From Octopus sinensis (Eukaryota), in NCBI RefSeq assembly GCF_006345805.1, contig NC_043022.1:20088001-20152000 (forward strand): 64,000 nucleotides of DNA, given 5' to 3'. The notes beneath the pieces were generated by a model. That model was not told the DNA's origin and did no database searches. It was given only the letters and a program-made list of their open reading frames with translations. Made by a program: the position numbers and the translations under genes. Shown piece by piece: positions 38,162-50,815 of the stretch. Numbering within the stretch: position 1 is the stretch's first letter; every line of letters begins with the position of its first letter.

Positions 38162-40789
38162 GCAAGCATACATCAACTTATGTCGATAGTCGGTACCAAG
38201 ATATGCGACTAAACCCGAAAAACATTTTTTTAAATGCATTAGTTCCTATGTTTTAATAAATATGATTTCTTCATACTATCATACGTATTTTAATTGGTTT
38301 TTCATTTCAGTATTCGTTTTTAAGTGTTTTTCTTTTTAAATTTTTATGTTTTCGAAAATATGTTGGCTGAGACCGACATTAAATAGGATAAATCTATTGA
38401 ATTTTAGGTATGTTTTTGCCATTAACGAAAACGAAGCCTAGTCGAAAAAGACATAAACTGAAGTATGCCCCTGGGTGTACGGGTGTGTATTATGTACATA
38501 AGGTCAACCAGATTATTTATCAATCTATTCATACATACATACACACATGTGAGTGCAAATAATTATCATTGCTTTGACGGCTAACTATGATATGAAGGTA
38601 GTACTATAAAGCTATGGAAAAATTGGCGAAAGTAAAGAACATGTACACCCGGTGTTTAGGGTTAGGGTTTTTCTTATGCCGAAAACGGGTGGTGTACGTA
38701 TTCTGTACCTCCGCCAGGAAATTTATATAATATCCAGATTTTCTAACTATGGAAATCTGTCACAGCAGAATATACATACACACACAACTCTGCCTCTGTG
38801 TGTGTGTGTAATATACTATTATTATTATTATCATCATCATCATTAAGCTGGTGAGCACGCTAGACAACGCATTTTATCCGTCTTTACGTTCTGAGTACAA
38901 ATTCCGCCTAGGTCCACTTTGCCTTTCATCCTTTCGGGATCGATAAATTAAGTACTGGGGGTCAATGTAATCGACTAGTCCCCTACTCCAAAATTTCAGG
39001 CCTTGTGCCTATTATAGTAGAAAGGATTATTATTTAGCTTTATAAGTCGCTAATCAATGCACGAAACTGTAGCCCCTCGAATCCCTGTAAATTCTGCAGA
39101 TTAATGTTGGTAATTGTATATATACGCACACGGTATGAAGACGCATACTTCACAAGGTAGATCAAAATTAACCTTAACGGGCTATTTTTTTCAGCAAAAG
39201 TGCTCGAGAAATATTCAGAAAATTAGTAACCATTCCTGGTTTCAACATAAGTCTACAGATAGAAGCAGCGTAAGTGTGTGTAAAGATATAACAGAGCGAC
39301 AGGAAAATTTTTTAAGGGATCGAACAAGGAATAGGGAGCCTCTAAGTCAGCAACAGAGCAGCTAGAAATAATAGCCAAATCTCGAACGTATTATATTCCT
39401 ACTACTATTGTCTTAAGAAGGAGAGAAAAAAGGCATTGGATAATGTAATCCAAGATAGGCATAGTCGTTAAGTATACCATCTGAAAAGTAACTGTAGAAA
39501 AATTTAATTAAATTTTTTTTTTATGAAAGCTAATGAGAAAGTTGTAAGGAGTACATTTGTGTTAATATGCTCCAAGATAAAACACTTAAAAAAAAATATG
39601 GAAGGGTTACGTTGGAATATTTTTGTTCAGTGATCTTTCTCGATCAGGGGCTTTAGCAAAAACAAAAGGGATGTTTCAGCAGACGAAATAATAGAGGACG
39701 GGGCTCGAAAATTAATGACACCCACAAAAATGTAAGCCAACAGGGGCCAAAGGAAAATACCTCAGGCGATTTCTACTAGTTAAATACAAATAGAATAAGA
39801 GTTTCACACACGTAATAAGATAATATAAAGTAGATATTCTGCGATTGTCCAGGCGATTCGGAAGTAAAAACTTCCTTCTTGAGGTGTTTAACACTGAAAG
39901 TCGAGCAAAGGAAGTAACACAAATAAGATCAGATGATATCTTTGGACAATATACTCAGTAAATATGTGAGCGAAGGGTCTAGTTTTCAGAGAAAGTAATA
40001 GTTGTGTTTCGGCCTTAATAAGACCTCCTCAGCAAAGTTGCTGACATTCAGCTGGCAGTATTTATGCTGATTGTGAATACTGAAGATATATGGCTAAGGG
40101 GAAAGGTATATGATTGATTGATAAATAGATAGATAGATAGATCACACAAATTGAAGGATGGTTAAGGATACATATACAAATGAAAAAGGGAACAAAGTGG
40201 ATAAAAACGTGAATATTCTATCTACCTATATATATATTACCTGTCTTAACCATTCATTCAGCCACCTACCCATCACTACAAACGTGTAGATTTCGTTGTT
40301 CACCTGTCAAAACAAACGAGTTAAAACCAGGTACACACATACACACACACACACACACAAGAAAAAATAATGAACGAATTTCTTGGTGAAGAATCTGTCT
40401 GACAGATATTAAAATGAGAAGGACTGTGTCTGTCTATCTGTCTGTCTGTATGTATGTATGTGTGTCTATGTTTGACAAACAGCGTGTGTGAGGAGTCCCG
40501 ATCTCTTTTCAAATCTCTCTCTCTCTCTCTCTGAACGTGTGTGTATATATATTCATTCACACATAATATACTACATAGCTACACAATTTATATACACATA
40601 TAAACACGCGTAGGTATACACACGTACTTATATATATATATATACATATACCTGAATACACATACGCACGCCTACTCATAAATACACACACACATGTGTG
40701 TGTGTATATATATATATAAATTAATTTACTCTGCTATGTATTGAGTACCTTATTTACTGTGGTTAACCCCGACTCAACCCGGGACCTAC

Positions 40790-40859
<70 letters not shown>

Positions 40860-41286
40860 GCACAAATACACACACTCATATATACACGCACATACATATG
40901 TAAAATACGTGTGCATACATAAATGCATACACGTACATATATGTAAAACATATACACTCGCATATATATTTCTATGCGCGTGTGTGTGTGTATTTCTTTA
41001 CACAAGACAATCTCAAATCGAATTAATGAACAGAGGTTCAGAAAAATACGGTGCAGAGTTGGCAATAATAAATTTCCAGATGACAATGGAATATGTTTGC
41101 CATATTTCCTAAAATTGGCGAGAAAATATTGTAACAAGCACGAGAAACAAGATACAAAGACAGATGAAGTAGATAATATATTCTTAAAACAACACGTATA
41201 TGTGCCTATGTATGTGTATATGTGTATGTATGTGTATGTGTGTATGTATGTATATATGTGTGTGCATGTATATATGTGTGTGCATG

Positions 41287-41324
<38 letters not shown>

Positions 41325-41650
41325 TATGTATGTATGTTTTATTCTAGTAGACACATCATCGACAAGCTAGTCTGGGCCTATAATTGTGTATATATGTATA
41401 TATATATGTGTGTGTGTGTGTGTGTACTGATGTATATATTTGTGCATGCATATGTACTCGTATGTGTGTATACACACATATATGATTTATATGTATGTAT
41501 GTATGTATGTATGTATATGATCGATTACATGTATGCATGCATATATGTGGGTGTGTGTGTATATATATGCTTGCAAGCATGTACATACAGGAACATACAT
41601 ATATATGCATGTATGTATGTTTGTATGTATGTAATCTATTCGGCACTTAC

Positions 41651-41811
41651 CCGAAGTCGTCGTCCATAGACTTAAAGAAAAATTTGAAATTGGGTCTGTT
41701 GAGGGCATTTTTAAAATCCCCGAGCGTTACTCGATCGGCAGCAATAGGGAGCTTAATTAGGTAAGGAGTATCCTCGTCGTCAATGTGGTAAATAATCTTC
41801 GTCTCCTCCAT
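41651..41811 (-). CDS. dvl: Dishevelled, first coding exon (N-terminal part of DIX domain)
   Basis: Translates as [54 protein letters not shown], the recognisable Dvl/Dsh N-terminus. ATG at 41811. The exon is 161 nt (53 codons + 2) and is followed by a canonical donor GG|GTAAGT (41650-41645). Exon 2 (expected VVKEEI...GRVVSW) was not found in the window. Confidence 0.96.
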
Positions 41812-41950
41812 TCCAGAGGGCAAAAACAAACTAACTAAAATGGCGTCTCAGTGAATTTTTGCCCGACTGCTTAGGCAGCCAGTTGCTACCAAAATGTGGA
41901 ATGGAGCCACCGAAACGAATTTGGAGTAGAGCGGTTGGTGAGAGAGTAAA
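41812..41950 (-). promoter_or_regulatory. Putative Dvl 5'UTR/core promoter with YY1-like motif
   Basis: Unique, CpG-containing sequence directly upstream of the ATG, with AAAATGGCG (YY1-like) at 41837-41845. The TSS cannot be determined from sequence. Confidence 0.45.
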
Positions 41951-42682
41951 GACAGCAGCAGCAACAGAAGTAGTTGTGTATCACTAACAGCAGTAGTACC
42001 ATTACCGCTTCTACCACCACCGCTTTACTAATTGTAAAGTTGTAACAGTAGTAATACCATTGCCATCAACACTACTAGTAATAACTACAGTTATAACATG
42101 ACCACTTCCACTATTTATCAATAGGGCCAACAATTTTGAGGGAGGGAGTAACAATTACATTGGCCCCAGTGCTTAATTCGTATTTATTTTATCGACCCCG
42201 AAAGGATGAAAGGCAAAAATCGATGTCGGTGGAATTTGAACTAAAGACGGACGAAATGCCGCCAAGCATTTTGCCCGGCTTGCTAACGATTCTGGCTAGC
42301 TTGCAGTCTTTCTATCAAAGGTACAAGGCTGAAATTGTGGGGAGAAAGCTAATCGAATATTCAATTGGTACTTATTTTATCAGCCCCCGAAACGATGAAG
42401 GGCAAATTTGACACTGGCGGAATTTGAACTCAGGACGCAAAGAGTCGAAAGACGGCCGGTAAGCATTTTTGTCCGACGGGCTAACGATTCTGCCAACTCA
42501 CCGCCTTACCCCCTTCCCGTTATTAGTAATAGTACAGATGTAACACCAGTAGCAGTTGTAAGCTTGTTGAGATAGAGAGAAAAATGGAGAATGTCTGCTT
42601 CGAAACAGTTGCTAGATCTCCGACAAATACTTGTTAAATTTCGCTCAAAGAATAGTATACGGAGTTAAAATAAATGAAGGAT

Positions 42683-42850
42683 CAGAGCTGTCTTAGCAAA
42701 TTTGTAGGCTCCTGAGCAAATTGCTATAATGGACCCAATAGTATTTATTTATTGACAACAAACAACAGCATAACTAGATCAGAATTAGACCCGAGACCGG
42801 CGAGGCCCCCGGGGTACTATTCAGTAAGGCCTTCTTTTAAGACAGTACTA
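42683..42850. mobile_element. Possible small hAT-like MITE upstream of Dvl
   Basis: Imperfect TIRs CAGAGCTGTCTTA / TAAGACAGTACTA with an imperfect 8 bp TSD TGAAGGAT / GGAAGAAT. Confidence 0.35.
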
Positions 42851-44536
42851 GGAAGAATATGCGATCGAGGGCTGCTGCTTAATTAGGGTTGGCCATGGTT
42901 AGGAATGAAGATAGAGAGGGGACGAGGCAACAACAATGACAACAGCCGTAACGACCGGCATATGAATTAAAACTAAGACAGTAAAAACATGCGAAACTTA
43001 ACTACGGAAACACTTTTCGTACTAATCAGTTTTTTCTATTCTTCCTTTATATTTTATTTCGTTCCCAACACTACCATCACCGCCGTCATCATCCACTCTA
43101 TGTTCAATATCAAAGTTAATAAACGATTCTTAAACATTCACCAATGATGGTAGCTTACTATAATTATATTCCTAGTCGATATTACTCATATTTCCTATGG
43201 AACGGATCTGCGGGAAAGGGAACAGGGTCTAATTATTTCTTCTTTGTTTTGGGGTTTGGGGGCTGGTTGTTTTTTGTGTTATTTTATTTCAGTTTTGAGG
43301 GGGGGGTTGCCGATGGATTGATGAGGACCTCTGTCTTTGCTTTGTTTTATTTAAATAATGAAGCAGAGTAGAGGAGAGCCGAGCAAAAACAAAAAGCAAA
43401 TGATCAGTATTTCTGTGCACCTCCTGTCAGCTCTTACCCACAACAACAACTACTATAACAACTATTACTGCTGTTATTGACGATGTCTGCATTGACTAGG
43501 GTGAGTAACAAACATGACATGAGTAAGAAAGAATGAAAGAATACCATAACAGAATAAAGGAATGAAATGAAAATATCATACTTAAGCACTGATTCATGTT
43601 ACGAGAACGTTAGAGGATAAAGGAATGAAAGAATATGAGTTTAAGAAAAACATTTGCAGTTGTCATCCAATGGAGTAAGAATGATAAACTAACAAAAGAA
43701 GGAATGGAATCAAAATGAATATAAAATACAAAAAGAACTGAGGCACTGATTGGTATTTCATGAACGTAAGGAATAAAAGATTAGAAGAATACAAGTTTAG
43801 TGGAAAATATTTTGCAGTTGTCATTCAAAGGGTGTATATAAAAACTGACTTGGTATCTTTTACTTTATTCTTCGTTATCACATTATCATTGTGTTAAGAG
43901 CTATTATTGCTAGGGCTATGCAGTAATAAGAGTCGGACTAAAAAATATGACAGTATTTAATTATGGACCTTTACGCTCCGAGCTAAAATTCCAGCAACAG
44001 TAGATAAAAAAGTGTGCTATACTTTGATTTACTTCACCCTACACTTTCACCAAAAAATCTCTGAACCATTATCGAATTGCTTATTGCTGGGCGCTAGGGG
44101 TGGGTGTATAGGTGAGGCAGCGGAGTAAAATAGTTTACGGTAATTTAATTCAATAATGATCCTTCGCATTATGAGTTCAAATCGCGCCGTTGTTTATTTC
44201 AACATGGTAACGGAGAGGGTCGGTTACTTATCATCCACCCCTGTGATTTCCTTTTTTTTTTCTTCTTTATACCACATTTAAGTCGAAAAGTTCATTAAAT
44301 CGACATTAGAGTGTTTCTCCCCTAATTTCTAGCTTTTTATCCTAAATCATAAACTATTACTGACTTATTAAACACATTTTTGCTTACGCATATATGTGCG
44401 TACGTACATACATGCATATATAATGCGTGTGTACGTATGTATGTATGTATGTATGTGTCCGCATATATATATTATATATATATATATATGCACAAGCGCA
44501 CGCACACATATACGCATGCATGCACGCGTACACGCG

Positions 44537-44569
<33 letters not shown>

Positions 44570-44700
44570 CGAAGGATAGATTTGGTGGTACAAACAGGAA
44601 AAGAGAAAACAAAACATAAGAACTATGAGGCAAACATTCTATATAAGTCGCCGAATATGATTTTTTTAATATCTCTCTCGCTCCCTCTCTCTCTCTATCC

Positions 44701-44745
<45 letters not shown>

Positions 44746-45198
44746 CGCGTGTATATCTCTATACATGCGTACATTCATACATACACATACATTAGCTACA
44801 TATAAATGCTTATATACGTACGTACATGCGTACATACACACACAAAAATACGACCGCACAAACATACGGAAAGAGAGAGAGGCGAAGAGAAGGAGGGACA
44901 AATGACTGGCACTATAGAAACGGGTGAAAGTATGGGGTATCAGGTACTGCCATCCTCAGTGACACCCGGCAGAATAATACAGTAAATTAAAAAAAAGAAG
45001 AAAAAAATAGGATGAGCGGAGGGAGGTAGTGTGATGGAGAGATGAGTAATAAAAAGATGAATAGGGGAGTAATGAAAGAGATTCAAAGAGGTAGGGGCAG
45101 GGTGAATATGTAGACTGACATGGGTACATTTGGGGAGAGACCCAAATGTATGTGAGTGTGTAGATAGAAAGGTATGTGTACAACTATCTATCTATCTA

Positions 45199-45265
<67 letters not shown>

Positions 45266-46026
45266 GTATGTATGTGTGTGTGTAGGCGCAATGGCCCAGT
45301 GGTTAGGGCAGCGGACTCGCGGTCGTAGGATCGCGGTTTCGATTCCCAGACCGGGCATTGTGAGTGTTTATTGAGCGAAAACATCTAAAAGTTGCACGAG
45401 GCTCCAGCAGGGGGTGTTGATCCCTACTGTACTCTTTCACCACTCTTTCTTCTGTTGGCCTGCTCGCTTAGCCAGCGGGGTGGCGTCATCCGAAGGCTAA
45501 AACAATGTGAACGCATTGTGACCAGCGATGTGTAACTACATCTGATGGACTGGTGGGTCACGTGATCACGTGTGATATATATATATGTGTGTGTATGGAT
45601 ATGTATGTATATCATCATCATCATTGTTCGACCGTGGTCGAGACTTTCATAGTCTTTTCAAATGGCTAATAATGTGTGCGCGCGCCACTACTACACACAT
45701 TGGAAAGCATTGTACAACCAAGTACTAAAGAAGATCTTTCCTCCTCCATGAAACAAAGCTGTTCCCGCTGGACGTCAACCCAGTATTTCTAAGCTACGGA
45801 CCCAGTGATTTATTGTAAGGTTATCTCCCTAGATAGATTGCCTTCACTACGGCTAAGGAGCCCTTTCTACCCCATGTATGTATATATATATATATATATA
45901 ATCAGCCGAAATTGCAAGGATGATCCGGTTCTTGACTGAAGATTGAAGGCTTCGAATGTCCTGTCCGTGTTTTTTGTATCGTCTTCTAAATGTTTTGCGT
46001 TCTTGTCCCAGTTTATATTTTTTTAC

Positions 46027-46058
<32 letters not shown>

Positions 46059-46061
46059 ATG

Positions 46062-46105
<44 letters not shown>

Positions 46106-46177
46106 TATACATATGTATATATATATATATGTATATATATATATGTATATATATGTTTATATATATGTATATATATA

Positions 46178-46214
<37 letters not shown>

Positions 46215-46664
46215 TGATAAAAATGGTAAGACAACAAAAGAAAGAAAAAGACCTCGATATTATGTAAATAGAGGAATTTATCTGTAAATGTAATATGTGA
46301 CGATTATTACCGAATAATACCAAATAATTGTCACATATCACATTTACAGATATATATATATATGTGTGTGTGTATTACAAATAAGAAAATAGAGAAGCAT
46401 AGTTGGGTCATCAGCTTTAGGATATTAAAATGTTGACTTATTTATTTATCAAAACAACAATCATAATAACATACATATATACAGTATAAAATTCAATGCA
46501 TATAAGATATAAGATAAGAATACAAGTAGTTTTTAAAAAATATGAATATAAAGTATTAAAATCACTTACAGCTGTTTCAGCCTATGGAAATTAGTAACTC
46601 AATTTGCCTATATAAGTCAAGTGTATTGAGGTGGTAGGCAATTGAAAATGAGGTACTATATATA

Positions 46665-46886
46665 CTCTCTCTTTTACTCTTTTACTTGTTTCAGTCATTT
46701 GACTGCAACCATGCTGGAGCACCACCTTTAATCGAGCAACTCGACCCCGGGACTTATTCTTTGTAAGCCCAGTACTTATTCTATCGGTCTCTTTTGCAGA
46801 ACCGCTAAGTAACGGGGACATAAACACATCAGCATCGGTTGTCAAGCAATGCTTGGGGGACAAACACAGGCACACAAACACACATG

Positions 46887-46952
<66 letters not shown>

Positions 46953-47123
46953 CATATATACGACGAGCTTCTTTCAGTTTCCGTCTACCAAATCCACTCA
47001 CAAGGCTTTGGTCGGCCTGAGGTTATAGTAGAAGACACTTGCCCAAGGTGCCATGCAGTGGGACTGAACCCAGAACCATGTGGTTGGTAAGCAAGCTACT
47101 TACCACACAGCCACTCCTGCACC
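46665..47123 (-). mobile_element. SINE family A, full length, with a very long flanking direct repeat
   Basis: Reverse complement of the family A consensus, flanked by an ~84 bp direct repeat. Confidence 0.9.
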
Positions 47124-47289
47124 TATGGAAATTAATAACTCAATCTGCCTATATAAGTCAAGTGTATTGAGGTGGTAGGCAATTGAAAATGAGGTACAAT
47201 ATATATATAACCTTTCTTCAGGCCATTTCATCATGCTCAACGAAAATTCTGCCGCACATTTTTTCTCTTCGTTTCTTTTTTCTTTCTCT

Positions 47290-47670
47290 CTCCATTTTCT
47301 CAGCCGGGTACAGAGACGAAATAGGGAGTTGGTCATGACGAGTTCATGCACAGCACAAAGGTCCAGGAGGAGCTGGACATTGGCATTGCATTTCCTAATG
47401 CTGTGATGGCTAAGAATGCCATTCCACAGACGATGGTCACTGCTGACTCTGCTGTTAAAGTCCCCCAATACAAGTTTGTTATGCGCGGGAACTGTCAGGT
47501 TGTAGAACGAAGCCCTTATGTCATCTTCAGATGTGAGGGTAGGGGCATACACAGAGATCAGCATAAGGAATCTGTCCCGAATGAGTGGGATCCGAACAGT
47601 TATCAGGTGCTCATGGACAGCAGTTGGGATGAGTCTGGGTTGGTCCACAGGCCAACTCGTGAGATGCATG
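47290..47670 (-). mobile_element. LINE APE-endonuclease fragment
   Basis: Translation contains LISVYAPTL...FY...VLGDFNSRV...NSLF, typical of non-LTR retrotransposon endonucleases. Confidence 0.8.
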
Positions 47671-47999
47671 GTTCATTAGGATTTTTTCCCCTTCCAAAAG
47701 ATAGCGTAACTTAGTAGTTTGACAAAAGCGACCAACAGAATAAGTACCAGGCTTGAAAAGAGAAAATAAATTTGGGGATTGATTTATTTGACTAGAAATT
47801 CTTCAGCATGGCCACAAAAAATTCTCAGCATGGCCACATAAAAGATAAAAGTTATAAGTACAAACACACACACACATCAAAACGAGAGATTGGAAAATTT
47901 TTTGGTCGTATTTATTCACTATTACACATGTTTCATTTGCTAATAGGAGTGCATGTAGGAGAAACCCCGATAAGTGTATTTTGGGGCAGTCCTCTCTGG

Positions 48000-49985
48000 A
48001 ATTCCTGGGGCATTATATCAATTCAAATGGTATCAGACCTCTCTCTTCCAAAGTCGATGCAATTCAGTGCATCGCACCCCCCACTTCACTATGCCAACTC
48101 TGCCATTTTTGGGGAGTTGTCAACTTCTACAGACGATTCACTCATGATTGAGCAGACAAGTTACTTCCCTTGACTCAGTTATTGAAAGCTAATACAAAAA
48201 AGAATTCTCCTATTACTTTATCTGCCGAGGAATTATCTGCTTTTGAGTCAATCAAGAAAGAAATGGCTTCTGTTCCTTTGCTTGCACATCCAGTTCCCGA
48301 TGCTCCTCCCTCTTTAACTGTTGATGCATTGGATTCTGTGGTTGGTGCTGTTTTGCAGCATACCGTAGACCAGTGCTTTTCAAACTTTTTGCTGGAGTGG
48401 AACCCCAAGGAAACATTCCACTGGCTCGAGGAACCCCTGTGCAATAATTTAATAGTCTTATGCACACATATCTGCACAGGAGAATTAAAAATTACTGCCG
48501 ATTTTAGCAGTTTTGTAACTTCTTGCAGAACTCCTGGACTGTACTGGCAGAACCCTATGGTTCCGCAGAACCCTGGTTGAAAACCACTGCCATAGACAAT
48601 CAGACTAAACCTTTGGCATTTTTTTCTCTTCAATTAAAGCCAGCTGAACGTTGGTACAGTACATTTGATCACGAGCTCTTGGCGATCTACTTGTCAGTTC
48701 ATTTTCAATATCAACTCGAGGGCCAAGATTTTGTAATTTATACTGTAATTTATACGTTTGCTCTGTCATCTAAATCAGACAAACACTTGCCTCGTGCTTT
48801 TCGTCATCTGGACTACATTTCCCAGTTCACGAGTGACATTCAGCACATGCCTGGAACAGAGAACGTACCTGCTAATACACTCTCTCATCTTCCTGTGTGC
48901 TCCATTTCATCTCCTGCTGCAATCAATTTAACTGCTATTGTGCAGGATCAGCCAACTCTAGACACTTTAGATTTAGCTTCTACCAAGTTGTCCTGTTACA
49001 AGTTTGCCTATCTTTACACTTCCGTCTGCTGAAGGCACCATTCTTTGTGACACAGATACTGGTTCTCCCAGACCGTTTGTACCCGGGAACCACCAGTGCT
49101 CTGTTTTTGATGCCTTGCATTCACTGTCACATAAGACCAAAAAATTTTCCAATCTCTTGTTTTGATGCATTCACTGTCACATCGCTGCCTCAGTGAAGCT
49201 TATTATGGCTCGGTTTTTCTGGCCTAATATGCACCAGATGATCACCGATTGGGCATGCTGTTGTGTAAAATGCCAGTGTTCTAAAATCCACAGGCATATT
49301 TGCGTTCCTCTTGGACAGTTTTCTCCTCCGAGGGCTCACTTTCGCCATGTCCACATTGATCTGGTTGGACCATGGCCTGTCAGTTGCGGTTTCTCTTACA
49401 TATTGACATGCATTGATCGTTTCTCTCATTGGCCAGAGGCCATTCCAATAGTGGACATTTCCACTGAGTCAGTTGTTTCAGCTTTTGTTTCTAACTGGAT
49501 TGCTTGTTTTGGTGTCCCAGCTAAAATAGCCACTGATTGCGGATGCCAGTTTGAGACTTCCCTATATCATGAATTATCATGTATCCTAGGCATTCATCAC
49601 ATGCGTACGACTAGCTACCACCCAGCCTCCAACAGGATGGTCAAACGTTTTCACAGGCAACTGAAGGCCACTCTACGTGCCACTCCTGACCTACAGTCTT
49701 GGACAGAATTCCTGCCTATCATTCTTCTTGGTTGTCACACTGCTGTAAAAGCAGACTTAGGTTTCTCCTCTGCTGAACTCCTTTACGGTACCACCCAGGC
49801 TAGTCCTGTCTGTATGCCGTATCTCCAGAGGCAATGGGCCCTCGTTAATGGAGATACAAGACGCACACAGCTTGAGATGGTATACTGAGAGCATTACATT
49901 TCATCTATTCTGTGTAACTTGTAAATAAACTGGTTGTGAATTGCATTTTTACTTCTTTTCTTGCCTGCTGGAGCCTGAAACAACA
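48000..49985 (+). mobile_element. Gypsy/Ty3 LTR retrotransposon pol remnant (RT end, RNase H, integrase) with possible partial 3' LTR
   Basis: LGVVNFYRRF; TVDA.DSVVGAVLQ; PLAFFS.QL.PAERWYSTFDHELLAIY; integrase HVHIDLVGP, LTCIDRFSHWPEAIP, TDCGCQF, RTTSYHPASN.MVKRFHRQLK. AATAAA and a terminal ..CA near 49925-49985. Confidence 0.9.
48371..48589. mobile_element. hAT (Charlie-like) MITE inserted in the Gypsy RNase H
   Basis: TIRs CAGTGCTTTTCAAAC / GGTTGAAAACCACTG; 8 bp TSD CCGTAGAC (48363-48370) / CCATAGAC (48590-48597). Removing it restores LQHTVDNQTKPLAFFS. Confidence 0.88.
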
Positions 49986-50009
49986 CAAAGAACAATTCTA
50001 ATGGGAGAA

Positions 50010-50275
50010 GGCAATATTCATCCGATATCGTGAACCTTGCCTCCCATTATAAGACCTATAGTGAGTAGCAGAGGTTCAGCATGTCATCCACTGAGCCGCT
50101 TCCTTGTGGATATAATCAGACCATTAGCAGGAAAGTCAACATCATACATGAAGAATTCCACCCACTTCACAAAAAGGATCAAGGGTACTCCCATTAAATC
50201 CAACCTGATGGTGAGTCTAGATGTGATAAGTCTATTCACCAAAGTCCCAACTGGTGAAGCAGTTCAAAACTGTGA
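50010..50275 (+). mobile_element. Penelope-like element RT fragment
   Basis: IRPIVSSRGSACHPLSRFL...KNST...MVSLDVISLFTKVP matches the PLRPIVS...SFDVxSLFTNVP pattern of Penelope-like RTs. Confidence 0.8.
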
Positions 50276-50289
50276 GTAGTGAAATGCAG

Positions 50290-50616
50290 AATTAGGTCCG
50301 CTGATCGTGAGAATCAAATTTTGATCGCTTCGCTAAAAACTAACAACTGTAGATGCCGGTGCTATGGATTATTTCCCTTGAGTGTTTAAAAAATATTGTG
50401 CAGGTGATACGGGTTATTTTCCTTGGGTGTTTTAAAAAAAATTAGTTATATGAGGGAGATATAAAGATCCCTTCCAGGGGTCGTATTATCAATTTTTTTG
50501 ACAGTCTAAGTATGTCATGAGGTTTCCAGACATGAATTTTACTCATGTGTCAAGTTTCATCAAAATCAATAAAACAATGTACGAGGAATTAGCTAACAAC
50601 ACGACAAACACACACC
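50290..50616 (-). mobile_element. Helitron 5'-proximal segment, inverted relative to the adjacent helicase
   Basis: 50461-50612 aligns in the same + orientation with 19420-19570 (GATCCCTTCCAGGGG...TTTCATCAAAATCAATAAAA...TTAGCTAACAAC). Confidence 0.7.
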
Positions 50617-50815
50617 TATCATCATCATCATCGTTTAACATCTGTTTTCCATGCTAGCATCACAGAGTGGTTGGCGTTAGGAAGGGCATCCAGCTGTAGA
50701 AACACTGCCAGATCAGACTGGAGCCTGGTGCAGCCTCCTGGCTTGCCAGACCTCATTCAAACCGCCCAACCCATGCCAGCATGGAAAACGGACGTCAAAT
50801 GATGATGATGATGAT

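Noticed and set aside
1-41650. Search for Dvl exon 2 (VVKEEI...GRVVSW)
   Set aside because: No matching minus-strand segment found by eye. It probably lies beyond the window start, though a ~70 bp exon could have been missed; tBLASTn would settle it.
40974-41669. 231 aa + strand ORF overlapping the Dvl donor
   Set aside because: Mostly (TATG)/(TG)n microsatellite translation and antisense to Dvl.
41812-41829. ORF-track N-terminal extension MFLPSG of Dvl
   Set aside because: Starts at a non-ATG codon; the conserved start is the ATG at 41811.
45930-45970. CTGAAGA...GAAG/CTTC-GAAT hammerhead-like motif
   Set aside because: GAAA is broken and stems I and III are not convincing; too degenerate to call.
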